Position numbers and translations under genes: made by a program. Below the pieces are notes generated by a model, which was given only the letters and a program-made list of their open reading frames with translations, was not told the DNA's origin and searched no databases. Of a DNA stretch of 20,901 bases, positions 8,985 through 17,340 are shown one piece after another. The stretch lies in IMG/VR virus record IMGVR_UViG_3300032797_000730; one strand, given 5' to 3'. How positions within the stretch are numbered: the first letter of the stretch is position 1; each line of letters opens with the position of its first letter. Origin of the DNA: an uncultured virus (IMG/VR IMGVR_UViG_3300032797_000730) (Duplodnaviria > Heunggongvirae > Uroviricota > Caudoviricetes).

Positions 8985-9508
8985 GACAGATCACCACCCG
9001 GGGACCTGATCAGCCACATGTTGGCTGACGGGTCGAAGTAGGCCGACCGGGTGCCGAACATGACCTCGGTGGGCCTCTCCTTCTTGAAGTAGTGACGGAA
9101 CCACTTTCGCACGAGCTCGTAGGCCATCATGCGATAAGAATCGTGAGGTAGAAGCGCGTAAAAGTTTGGAGCGTGCCCCTGGGCAAAGAAAAACATGGGG
9201 GACCACCGCTGGTACTTGGTGGTAACGTCCCCTACTTGCTGCTCGGACACGTCGCCCGTGTTCCAGTGTATCTGGCCGCGCTGGGCGATCATTTCCAAAT
9301 AAAGGGCCATGCCCGCCCCCCAGAGATAGAACTTGGAGTCGTCGAGATCCGCGAGGCTATCGAAGGTCACGTCGTGCTCCTCCACGAACCCGCTTATCCT
9401 CGCCGTTACCAGCTTGGTGAGGACGCTCGGGAGGTGATCCTCCGTGAGTCCTAGCCCCGCGTACTCGAGGTACTCCAGTACCTCTTCGAGGGTGGGCATG
9501 GTGGCCAT
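8972..9508 (-). CDS. Head-tail adaptor (SPP1 gp15/HK97 gp6-like), 178 aa
   Basis: Immediately after the MCP, with a GGAGG SD. N-terminal PTLEEVLEYL helix and SEQQVGDVTTKY beta-hairpin motif typical of adaptors. Confidence 0.7.
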   Translation of the reverse strand: MATMPTLEEVLEYLEYAGLGLTEDHLPSVLTKLVTARISGFVEEHDVTFDSLADLDDSKFYLWGAGMALYLEMIAQRGQIHWNTGDVSEQQVGDVTTKYQRWSPMFFFAQGHAPNFYALLPHDSYRMMAYELVRKWFRHYFKKERPTEVMFGTRSAYFDPSANMWLIRSPGGDLSWVS

Positions 9509-9520
9509 GTGGAAATCCTC

Positions 9521-10651
9521 CTACGCGGTGACTGGCACTGCATTGTCCAGCCGGACCATGTTGGCGAAGTCATCGACGCCTGGCGCGAATTTCAGCTCGA
9601 ACCTCGTGCGGGCAATGTGCGGGTCGTGGTCCACCCAGCTGTACTGGTAGAGGCCATTCCCGTCGTGGAACTGGTTGCAGCGGCTCGTGAACGTGAAGCC
9701 CAAGTCCGAGTTCGCCAGGAACACGAACTCGTACCCGTTTGCACGCATGAACCAGTACTTGTTGTCGTTGCCCCACTCGGCCGCCGCGTTGTCACCAAGG
9801 TTGTTTGGCGATCCCACGGTGCCGACGCTCGCCGCCTCCTCCTTGTACGTGTGGGCGGTTACCTTGAGGATCTTCATGCCGTTGTCGAGGCCAGCGTAGA
9901 ACGCCTGGAGCGTCCCGCCAGAGAGATCACGAACGTACTTGAGTCGCTCGATGATCACGCGGTGGTTCTTGAGCACCTTCGCCGTCTTGCCCCCGATGAT
10001 CATGTTATTCAAGGGCAAGTCTCCCATCCCTTCCTGGTGATCGATTGCATTGTCGATGTCCCGGAAGGGGTCCGAGTTGGTATAGTCGTTCCACGCGGCA
10101 CCGATCATGCCGTTCGCCGCGGCCGTGAGGTCGAAGTGGATCTGCCGGGTCGTCGACTGGTTGCTGAAGTTGCTGATCGCTACCGGGTTTCCCCAGAGGT
10201 AGTTCACGAGCTCCAGTTCCACCCGTCGCTCGATGGCTCTCGTGCACATCTGCGTGAGACGTTGCATGCGAACGTCGGTGCCGAAGTTGAACTGCGGCGT
10301 GAACTCCATGAGGAACTCCTCGGGCTCCATGATGAAGCCGATCTTGGTCAACCGGGTCCACCACATCTCCATGTCAGCACCGGTGCTCAGGTAGTCCTCG
10401 TTCCTGGCATACGGGCTATACATGTTGGAGATTGGTTGCGGATCGATGGTGAGCGGCCATCCAAAGCGACTAGCTCCACCACCAGGTGCGCGGATGCGCT
10501 TCATCACCGTGGAGAGCACGGGTTGCCATTTGGAGTCCCACATTCGCACCATCTCGACGAACGCGGGCGATAGCATGTTGATCGGGATCGTGGCGCCGTA
10601 AGTGAAGTTCGGCAGCTGGAGCCCGTTCACGTCATTCATGTTCCATGCCAT
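9521..10651 (-). CDS. Major capsid protein, HK97 fold (lambda gpE-like), about 376 aa
   Basis: WNDYTNSDPFRDID...NNMIIGGKTAKVLKNHRVIIERLKY matches the gpE-like MCP signature. GAGGTGA SD at 10660-10666 favours ATG 10651. Confidence 0.85.
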   Translation of the reverse strand: MAWNMNDVNGLQLPNFTYGATIPINMLSPAFVEMVRMWDSKWQPVLSTVMKRIRAPGGGASRFGWPLTIDPQPISNMYSPYARNEDYLSTGADMEMWWTRLTKIGFIMEPEEFLMEFTPQFNFGTDVRMQRLTQMCTRAIERRVELELVNYLWGNPVAISNFSNQSTTRQIHFDLTAAANGMIGAAWNDYTNSDPFRDIDNAIDHQEGMGDLPLNNMIIGGKTAKVLKNHRVIIERLKYVRDLSGGTLQAFYAGLDNGMKILKVTAHTYKEEAASVGTVGSPNNLGDNAAAEWGNDNKYWFMRANGYEFVFLANSDLGFTFTSRCNQFHDGNGLYQYSWVDHDPHIARTRFELKFAPGVDDFANMVRLDNAVPVTA

Positions 10652-10672
10652 TTTTTCATTCACCTCTTATGT

Positions 10673-11224
10673 CTATGGCCCGTTGTCGAGCCAACCCTCG
10701 CCTGCATCGTATCGATGCACCGGGTCGATCATCACTGGCCCCTTCTTGCTCCAATCAATGGGACCGTTCTTCACCTTGCCCAGGTAGGTCATCCCCGTGA
10801 TCCAGGGCACGAACCCGCGCGGGTAGGGCGCCAGCGGCTGGTTGTCATACACCCAGCCCGAGTACTTGTTGACCATGTCGCGGACACCGTGGACCACGAT
10901 GGCCACCTCCCTGCGTCCCTGCCGCCAATCGTTCGTGGACTTGTACAGCGCGTCGTATAGCGTGCGTTCGGCAGTTCCGAGCGCGCCCCGTATCGGGATC
11001 TGGTCATCAGAGACGCCTAGGCATCGTTCCTTGCTCGTGGTGTCATCGTATGGCGCCACGATGACAATCGTGTCGTACACCGGGCCGCCCGAGTATGCCC
11101 CGGGTCCCGTCGCGGTGTACTTGAGCGGGTCGCCGATGTTGATGTAGTGCGAGTCGTGCAGTCGATACCGGTTACCCTTGAGGTAATCGGCAGCTTCCGA
11201 TCTATTGTGCCTTGGGCTTCCCAT
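10673..11224 (-). CDS. Putative head decoration/cement protein, about 183 aa
   Basis: Lies between scaffold and MCP (the lambda gpD position). Gly/Pro/beta-rich. GGAGGTG SD 6 nt before ATG 11224. Confidence 0.55.
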   Translation of the reverse strand: MGSPRHNRSEAADYLKGNRYRLHDSHYINIGDPLKYTATGPGAYSGGPVYDTIVIVAPYDDTTSKERCLGVSDDQIPIRGALGTAERTLYDALYKSTNDWRQGRREVAIVVHGVRDMVNKYSGWVYDNQPLAPYPRGFVPWITGMTYLGKVKNGPIDWSKKGPVMIDPVHRYDAGEGWLDNGP

Positions 11225-11771
11225 TGTCAGCACCTCCGACTTCTAGGCCCTGCTCCTTCCAGAATGCTACCATCCTGGCCCGCAGGTCGGGCGCCACCTG
11301 TTCAAGCGCTTTCTTCACGCTCTCCGCGCTGCCCGGCGCCATTTCCAACTTCGCCTTCTTTGCCTGGTCCATCATGGCCCCAGTCGCGTCCCCCGTGGAC
11401 GTGGATGGCGAGTTTGCCTGGCTCTCCCACTTGAGTGCAGTCTTTTGGAGATACTCCAAGGTCTGCTTCTTGTAGAAGTCCTCCAGCTCCGGGCGCTTCT
11501 CGTGGGCCACTATCTTGTCCACGAGCGGCTTCTTGGTCTCCGCATAGTCGAGCCTTTCCGCCAGCGTCGTGACGCTCGCGGTGAGGCGGGCGGTCTCTGC
11601 GGCGAACCTGTCGTTCTCGGCCTTGAGGCTCTCGTATGACTTCTTGTCCTTCTCGGCGGCATCGAGCTTGGACTCGAGCTCGGTCTTCTCTTTCGTGAGC
11701 TTCTCGAGCTGTGCCTCCAGCTTCTCGTACCGCTCCTTCTCGGTTTGTTTGTCCTTTCCTTCGTCTGGCAA
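11202..11771 (-). CDS. Putative nested in-frame scaffolding protein (189 aa) from an internal start
   Basis: In-frame TTG at 11771, 7 nt after an internal GGTGA (11779-11783), exactly at the protease/coiled-coil boundary. Confidence 0.5.
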   Translation of the reverse strand: MPDEGKDKQTEKERYEKLEAQLEKLTKEKTELESKLDAAEKDKKSYESLKAENDRFAAETARLTASVTTLAERLDYAETKKPLVDKIVAHEKRPELEDFYKKQTLEYLQKTALKWESQANSPSTSTGDATGAMMDQAKKAKLEMAPGSAESVKKALEQVAPDLRARMVAFWKEQGLEVGGADNGKPKAQ

Positions 11772-12290
11772 GTCCATCTCACCTTGCTCGTTTTCATGCT
11801 GTTCCATCACGTGCCTGCACTTGACGCACGCGGGCACGTGCGTCCCGGAGGCCTCGTAGACATCCACCCAATATGCCTTGCCATCCTCCAGGTGCTGGAT
11901 GAACGCGAGCGAGATGCCAATAGGATTCTTGGCTTCCGCGCTCTCTTTCACCCAGGCCGCGAAGAGCTGCTTGTCGACAAGCTCGTGCCCGTCCGGTGCT
12001 TTGAGAGGTATCTCGTAATCGATCACGAGGTATCTCAAGTCGCCTTCTTTCTCGATGCGGCCTGCAACAGATCGGCCAAAAATAGGTATAGCCTTCTCGT
12101 CATTGGCTGCCGGGTGCCTGTGCCGAAAAAGGAGGGGCAGGCCACTGACCTGCGATAGTGCGATCTTCATCATGGGCTCGCATAGCTCGTTACTGGAAAT
12201 GCTACGGGCCGTGAACTTGAACACGTCCCCCTCCAGCCTTCCAGCGCCCACGGCTTGAAGATCCACCCGGCGCATCAATGTCGTCTTCAA
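11202..12290 (-). CDS. Prohead maturation protease fused to coiled-coil scaffold
   Basis: Protease motifs LPLLFRH, GISLAF and VYEASGTHVPAC, then a Glu/Lys-rich coiled coil. Start is either TTG 12290 (8 nt after GGTGA) or ATG 12299. Confidence 0.85.
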   Translation of the reverse strand: MKTTLMRRVDLQAVGAGRLEGDVFKFTARSISSNELCEPMMKIALSQVSGLPLLFRHRHPAANDEKAIPIFGRSVAGRIEKEGDLRYLVIDYEIPLKAPDGHELVDKQLFAAWVKESAEAKNPIGISLAFIQHLEDGKAYWVDVYEASGTHVPACVKCRHVMEQHENEQGEMDLPDEGKDKQTEKERYEKLEAQLEKLTKEKTELESKLDAAEKDKKSYESLKAENDRFAAETARLTASVTTLAERLDYAETKKPLVDKIVAHEKRPELEDFYKKQTLEYLQKTALKWESQANSPSTSTGDATGAMMDQAKKAKLEMAPGSAESVKKALEQVAPDLRARMVAFWKEQGLEVGGADNGKPKAQ

Positions 12291-12327
12291 AGGAGGCATC
12301 ACCTGCTTTAGACCAACATCCCTGGTG

Positions 12328-12335
12328 TATTTAAA
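12328..12335 (-). promoter_or_regulatory. Archaeal-type TATA box (TTTAAATA) upstream of the protease/capsid genes
   Basis: Lies in the short AT-rich gap before the protease, 28 nt upstream of ATG 12299. Identical to the boxes at 19739-19746 and 20132-20139. Confidence 0.65.
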
Positions 12336-12336
12336 A

Positions 12337-12783
12337 TTATCCCCCCGAGGCCAGGAGCACCGCCAATGCAATGCAGGTAGCGGCGTTCCCCAGCAGCCAC
12401 TCGTCCGTGTGCTTCACCGACATCCTGTTAAACTTCCCCAGGTAGATGAGATACGTCCCCTTTTTGCCCGTTTTCCCCGGTTTCACGTCACAGGCCAGGT
12501 GGGTGCCATGCGAGATCAGGAACAGGGCCGCCCCGGCGGCCTCCCTGGGCCCCGCTCCCGGTACCAGCAACACGAACCCGAGAAGGAGTATTGCTGGAAT
12601 GGCCGAATGGAAGAACCAGGACCTGTGGGCCTCCAGCCTCAGGTCCTGGTCGGCGAAGCTGAACCCGGCGAAAAACACCAGGTAGGACAGGCCTGATACC
12701 CATTCCACATGCCTGCTGGCCATGATGATGGCGAGCACGATGACGGCGGTTGTTGACGTGGCCGCGTGGCCCCAGTAATTCAT
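12337..12783 (-). CDS. Membrane-bound metal-dependent hydrolase, YdjM/DUF2227-like, 148 aa
   Basis: Start ATG 12783 overlaps the upstream stop (ATGA). Several hydrophobic segments with MxxxxH, ADQD...HRSWFFHS and HGTHLACD motifs. Confidence 0.7.
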   Translation of the reverse strand: MNYWGHAATSTTAVIVLAIIMASRHVEWVSGLSYLVFFAGFSFADQDLRLEAHRSWFFHSAIPAILLLGFVLLVPGAGPREAAGAALFLISHGTHLACDVKPGKTGKKGTYLIYLGKFNRMSVKHTDEWLLGNAATCIALAVLLASGG

Positions 12784-13055
12784 GGTTTCAACAGCCCCGC
12801 GTCGTGCTTTCTCGGATCCCACTGCCCTGGCGCCCAGTTGTTGTTGACCTTGGCGTGGAGCACCATGTTCGACTTTGGCATCTGGGCACAAAACGCGCAG
12901 AACAGGAACTGCGAATACCAGCGGCCAGTATCCTCCTGCGTCTCGCCCTTCTTCTTAGGAATGTAGAACTGGTCCTTGCAGCGTGCACACTGCAATATCA
13001 CGTATCCTTCGACATCTGGAAGCACCAGTGGCTTCCTTGGTTGTGGTTGGCTCAA
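12780..13055 (-). CDS. Small Zn-ribbon protein, 91 aa
   Basis: CARC and CAFC pairs. Coupled by 4-nt overlaps at both ends. Confidence 0.7.
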   Translation of the reverse strand: MSQPQPRKPLVLPDVEGYVILQCARCKDQFYIPKKKGETQEDTGRWYSQFLFCAFCAQMPKSNMVLHAKVNNNWAPGQWDPRKHDAGLLKP

Positions 13056-13423
13056 AATTGCTTCTCCCTCGATTTCGTCGTGGTTGCTTTCAATCCCCGC
13101 AGCCGGATGTTCTCTGGCGTGTTGGGATTATTCCTGCAGCCTGGATAGGGGCACGCGTAGAGTATTTCCTTGTCGTTCTCCTCGTAGAAATACATCTCGG
13201 TGCCGCACCAGCGGCAGCATATCTTGTTTTTCTTGAAAATGTCGTCCCAGCCCAGGACGCCAGGGGCCTGGCGGCCATGCGGCATCTCGAGCGAACCGGG
13301 TGGCTGGATGGCCCCTTTCACGGGGTCTCGTGCCTCTATCTGCTCGATGGGCGTGTTCTCGAACAGGTTGAACTTTCTCAGCCTGCTCGCCAGATCCCGT
13401 GGCTCGTCGTTTGAATGGGGCAT
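13052..13423 (-). CDS. Small Zn-ribbon protein, 123 aa
   Basis: CRWC and CPYPGC. AAGGAGG SD and TAATG overlap with the upstream gene. Confidence 0.72.
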   Translation of the reverse strand: MPHSNDEPRDLASRLRKFNLFENTPIEQIEARDPVKGAIQPPGSLEMPHGRQAPGVLGWDDIFKKNKICCRWCGTEMYFYEENDKEILYACPYPGCRNNPNTPENIRLRGLKATTTKSREKQF

Positions 13424-15630
13424 TATCGTTCCTCCTTTTTAAAAGCTGCGGCTGCCGGGAACCCGCGGGAGATGTTTTTCTCCACGACGTTCTTCATTGC
13501 GGCAACATCTTCCTCCCTGGCTATCCCTTTATCATCGATGCCGCCCACCTTTGGCGTACGGGATTTTTTGGCAGCCCTGGCCTTTTCATTGCCTTTTAGG
13601 TGGGCTGGAACGTTCACGCGGCCGCGCATCTCGATCTCGCGGGCGCCATGGATGAGCTTGTTGAAATAGTCGGCCATCACTTTTACCGTGGATCGGCGTA
13701 TCTTATCCATCACGACATGGTGCGCCAGGAAGTTGTAATTCTTGAGCAGGTAGCCCGCGATGTCGTACATCATCTTGCCGTCGACCGGGTGCCTCGCCGA
13801 GTTGGACCGGAACACGCCATAGAGGACGTACCGCCCCTCGTAGTCAACGTGCGACTCGATGGAGTTGATGAGCGTGCCCGTCCAGAGAAGGGGGTGATCG
13901 GCACTCGCGGCCGCGACGATGTGCTTGCCAGATGGGCGGACTATGGGGAACTCGTCGCCGATCTTGCGGGCGGGGAAGTCGTGCCATGTCTTGCGGCCCT
14001 TGTAGGTGCCACTGGAGTAGACCTGGCCTCCTTCCATCATTTTCCTGCGATAGGCAACAGTCCTGGCCGATAGCACGTACCCGAGCTCCCGGTGGCGGAT
14101 GGCGTCCTGGACGCCCGCCACGGCCTTGTCTCCGACCTCCTCGAGCATCGTGAACCCCAGGCGCTCCGTGACCTGCTGGCCGCCATAATTTGCCAGGTGG
14201 CCCTTTCCAGGGGAAACGGCCTCGAGGATGCGGTGTAGAACGGCAGATGCCTGCTCGGGGGTCATCTCTCCTGGCTCCAGCCACTCGGCATTCGTCTTGG
14301 GCATCACGACCCGCATTCGCTTGGTCCAGGGCTCCTTTCTCAAGAAGGGGAGCAATCTCTCTCGGGAGGGGCGCTCGCGCTTGCTCTGGTAGCCTGGCTG
14401 CTGATCGCTGATGTAGTCGTAGAGGATCTCGCCCTTTCTCATCTTGATCTCGGTGCCTAGCCTCGCCCGGATGCCAAGACGATGCTTGATGATGCCACCA
14501 TATCCTGGTTTTGGCTTGGTGCCTCGGGCGTTGCCAGTGACGATGTCCTCGATGTATTCGAGCATGATGCGGCCAGCGTGCTTCCCCTTGAGGATGGGGC
14601 GAACGCCAGTGACAGTGGCGATGGCGCCGCTCGGCAGGAGGATCTTCTCGCGGCCCCCGACGATTCGCCTGGCCATCTCGGTCGCCTGGAACGACTTGCC
14701 AGTCCTTGATGGCAGCGTGCCCTTGGGGAGGTTTGCCAGGTAGCGGCGGTAGGCAACGCCACCATACGTGCTCTCGCGGCCCTGGAACGTGTTCTTGAAC
14801 TTTCGCTTGATGGCGCGGGCGGATACCTCCTCGTGGACGGCCCAGGCAACCTCGGAAGGCACGATGACCTTCCACGTCTTTCTCTTGGTCTCCGGGTCGA
14901 TGCTCACCAGCTTGCGGCGGGCGCGGGGGAGCGTCATTCTCCGGTAGGTGGCCCCCGTGCGGGCGGCCTGGATGTAGGCGGCCTTGGAGCGAGGATTCTT
15001 CTCCACGACACCATGCCCCGTCTCGGCCCTCGTTTTCCGGTAGAGCTTCTTGTCAAGGGCGAGCGGGGGCTCCCACTTGCCGGTGGCGGGGTTCTTGACG
15101 GTCCATGGGCCGCGGTTCAATATCCTGGCAGTGATGTCGTTGGCCCGTCTCGTGTACCGCCTCAACCGGCGCTGCTCGGCGTTCGGCCCCGCGATCTTCC
15201 TCACGGCCTTCCCCACGGCCTGCCCCACCTTGCCGGGCTTTGCCAGGGAGGCGGGGCCCTGCGGGGCAGCTGGTTTTGCCATCTCGGCCTTCTTTCGCCT
15301 GTAGGTCGCTTTTATGTGGGTGGCACCGCCCCTGGCCTCCAGCCGCTCCGCGGCAGTCATTCCAGCCGCTTTCAAAGCATTGTCAAATTTTTCGGCGGCG
15401 TTTTTCACCTTGGGGTCAAATCGCTGCTTGAAAAGGAACCTTCTCGCTTCGAGGGTGATGCGATGCTTGCACGTGACCTCGTGGATGGCCTTCAACGCGT
15501 CCTTCTTAAGCGTGGCCATCCTGCCGCGGAGAAGGGCCGCCTGCTGTTCCGCAGCGCGCTTGGCCCACTCGCGCTCCTCGGCCTCCTTGGCGAGCCTCTG
15601 GGCGTCGGTTAAAGGGGGCTTGCTAACCAA
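13423..15630 (-). CDS. Very basic 735-aa protein with a C-terminal virion morphogenesis (Mu gpG/HK97 gp10-like) domain
   Basis: HPLLWTGTLINSI...VLYG matches the PLxDTGxLxxSI signature of the family. Position between portal and protease as for Mu G. The N-terminal ~480 aa are K/R/A-rich and unassigned. Confidence 0.65.
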   Translation of the reverse strand: MVSKPPLTDAQRLAKEAEEREWAKRAAEQQAALLRGRMATLKKDALKAIHEVTCKHRITLEARRFLFKQRFDPKVKNAAEKFDNALKAAGMTAAERLEARGGATHIKATYRRKKAEMAKPAAPQGPASLAKPGKVGQAVGKAVRKIAGPNAEQRRLRRYTRRANDITARILNRGPWTVKNPATGKWEPPLALDKKLYRKTRAETGHGVVEKNPRSKAAYIQAARTGATYRRMTLPRARRKLVSIDPETKRKTWKVIVPSEVAWAVHEEVSARAIKRKFKNTFQGRESTYGGVAYRRYLANLPKGTLPSRTGKSFQATEMARRIVGGREKILLPSGAIATVTGVRPILKGKHAGRIMLEYIEDIVTGNARGTKPKPGYGGIIKHRLGIRARLGTEIKMRKGEILYDYISDQQPGYQSKRERPSRERLLPFLRKEPWTKRMRVVMPKTNAEWLEPGEMTPEQASAVLHRILEAVSPGKGHLANYGGQQVTERLGFTMLEEVGDKAVAGVQDAIRHRELGYVLSARTVAYRRKMMEGGQVYSSGTYKGRKTWHDFPARKIGDEFPIVRPSGKHIVAAASADHPLLWTGTLINSIESHVDYEGRYVLYGVFRSNSARHPVDGKMMYDIAGYLLKNYNFLAHHVVMDKIRRSTVKVMADYFNKLIHGAREIEMRGRVNVPAHLKGNEKARAAKKSRTPKVGGIDDKGIAREEDVAAMKNVVEKNISRGFPAAAAFKKEER

Positions 15631-15925
15631 CCCGGCGCATCTCCCTGGCGATCACCTGCCAGCTGTCCTTTTCAACGTCACCGACCTCCTTGAAAACGGC
15701 CACCGTGATGCATGGCTTCGAGAAAGCGTCCTTCGCCTTCACGTATGCAGCGTACAACTCCTGGCGGATACGCATGGCCGCGACCATCGCCTCGTGCTCG
15801 TTCTGGGCGGTGATTTTACACGTCTTGACGATTTCACTGATTATGGAGGGGAACGAGGGGGGACGGTTCTCCATGGCGTCCTTTATAACGTCCTGGAGGA
15901 CTTTCTTGAAGGGCTCGACGGTCAT
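15623..15925 (-). CDS. Hypothetical protein, 100 aa
   Basis: Fills the gap between the portal and the 735-aa gene, overlapping both (ATGA with the portal stop). Confidence 0.7.
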   Translation of the reverse strand: MTVEPFKKVLQDVIKDAMENRPPSFPSIISEIVKTCKITAQNEHEAMVAAMRIRQELYAAYVKAKDAFSKPCITVAVFKEVGDVEKDSWQVIAREMRRVG

Positions 15926-17340
15926 TTCGCAGCACCAGCTCCACCGAATGCCGCGGGCTCTGGCTTCTTGTTGAGGTCCATGAAGTCGGATTGCATCTTC
16001 TTGGCCATGGCCTCGTCCACGTCGGCGATGTTGTCCCAGATCTCGTGCATGATGGCACGGGGCTCGTTCACGTGCTTGAACACTACATTTTTCATGCCAA
16101 TCTCGATGGCTTTCATCATGTCGAGGATGGAGATTTGCTCCATGGGGGAGAACGAGAGATGAAGTTGCTGATGAGTTACTCCATGGATGCCGTTGAACGG
16201 GAGAAGGTTGTTGATGTAGAAGTCGGTCCAGGCCCTGCTGAACCTCGTGCGGAGGCCTATATTCGTGCGGAGCCAGCCCTGCTCCAGGATGCGAGAAACG
16301 GCCAGTTCGTTGCCTGCAGCGTCTCTCTGGCCCATGGAACCGCTCAACGCGTACATGGTTTGCTTGTCCAGCATGTTGATGAACCCTGGATATACCTCAG
16401 AGGAAGCTGCAGAGTTCTTGCCGAATTCTTCGACGTGGTTGTAACCGGCGGTGACCATGGAGCCGAAGTTACGCATGTGGAGGAGGGACATCAACAGGTC
16501 TTCTACTTGCTTGGCCATCTCGGTCGGGTCCTCGGGGAATATGGTTTTGGGGTCGCCGACGTAGCCAACCTTGAAGGGGGACCAGTAGCGGTCGGAATAC
16601 ATCTTCATGTACCACAAGATCCACTGCTTGTACAGCAGGCCGTCGAGGACGGTCGAGATGGGAGGACGCTCGTAGAACTCGAACTCCATGAGGAAGCGCG
16701 GGTCGTTCGGGATGACGATGTTTGTTGGAAGGGGCATGGCGGATGCCGGGACGGTGAACTGGGAGCCGATGCCAATAGGGGTGTTTTTCAAGGCATTGTA
16801 GAAGGCGTTTTGGGAGGCGTAGGTGCCAAACCTGGTGTAGGGCTTCTGCACGTAGCCTTCCCAGCCTTTCTTGTCATCGGCGCCTTTCTCTACGGTGAGG
16901 GGGTCGACCCTCGCCATGTCGATGCCGGACTGGGAGTCGTCGGTGTACAGCAGGCGCCAGATCGAGAAGGCCTGCGTGTTGTTGTCCGTGATCGAGCGGG
17001 TGAACACGTCGTCGATGGTCTGGCGGCCAACGTTGATCTGGTTGTTGAACGCCGTGATCGTGTCGATCACCTTGTTTCTCTGGGCGGTGTCGTCGCACAC
17101 GATCTTCATGCCGTTCCCGATGATCGTGTAGGCCGTGATCGAGGAGAACGAGACCGGCACGGGGTCCTTCCAGAAGAGGATGGCCCGGTTGTTTTTCGTG
17201 TCCTGGACAGCGTTGCGAAGCAGCTCGTAGATTGCCTGGTTCTCCGAGCCCATCTGGATGACGCGGTTAAGGATGTCGACCAGCATGGGGGCGGAGTAAG
17301 TGGTGGTGGGGTTGCGGTAGATTCTCGATTGGGAAAACAC
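15922..17340 (-). CDS. Portal protein (DUF935/Mu gp29-like), 472 aa
   Basis: Follows TerL. KQWILWYMKMYSDRYWSPFKVGY, FINMLDKQTMYALSG and INNLLPFN...LSF resemble Mu-type portal motifs. Confidence 0.82.
   Translation of the reverse strand: MFSQSRIYRNPTTTYSAPMLVDILNRVIQMGSENQAIYELLRNAVQDTKNNRAILFWKDPVPVSFSSITAYTIIGNGMKIVCDDTAQRNKVIDTITAFNNQINVGRQTIDDVFTRSITDNNTQAFSIWRLLYTDDSQSGIDMARVDPLTVEKGADDKKGWEGYVQKPYTRFGTYASQNAFYNALKNTPIGIGSQFTVPASAMPLPTNIVIPNDPRFLMEFEFYERPPISTVLDGLLYKQWILWYMKMYSDRYWSPFKVGYVGDPKTIFPEDPTEMAKQVEDLLMSLLHMRNFGSMVTAGYNHVEEFGKNSAASSEVYPGFINMLDKQTMYALSGSMGQRDAAGNELAVSRILEQGWLRTNIGLRTRFSRAWTDFYINNLLPFNGIHGVTHQQLHLSFSPMEQISILDMMKAIEIGMKNVVFKHVNEPRAIMHEIWDNIADVDEAMAKKMQSDFMDLNKKPEPAAFGGAGAAK

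Noticed and set aside
13844..14875. 343-aa alternative-frame ORF within the 735-aa gene
   Set aside because: Arg/Pro/Gly-rich frame-shifted shadow with no SD or recognisable domain.
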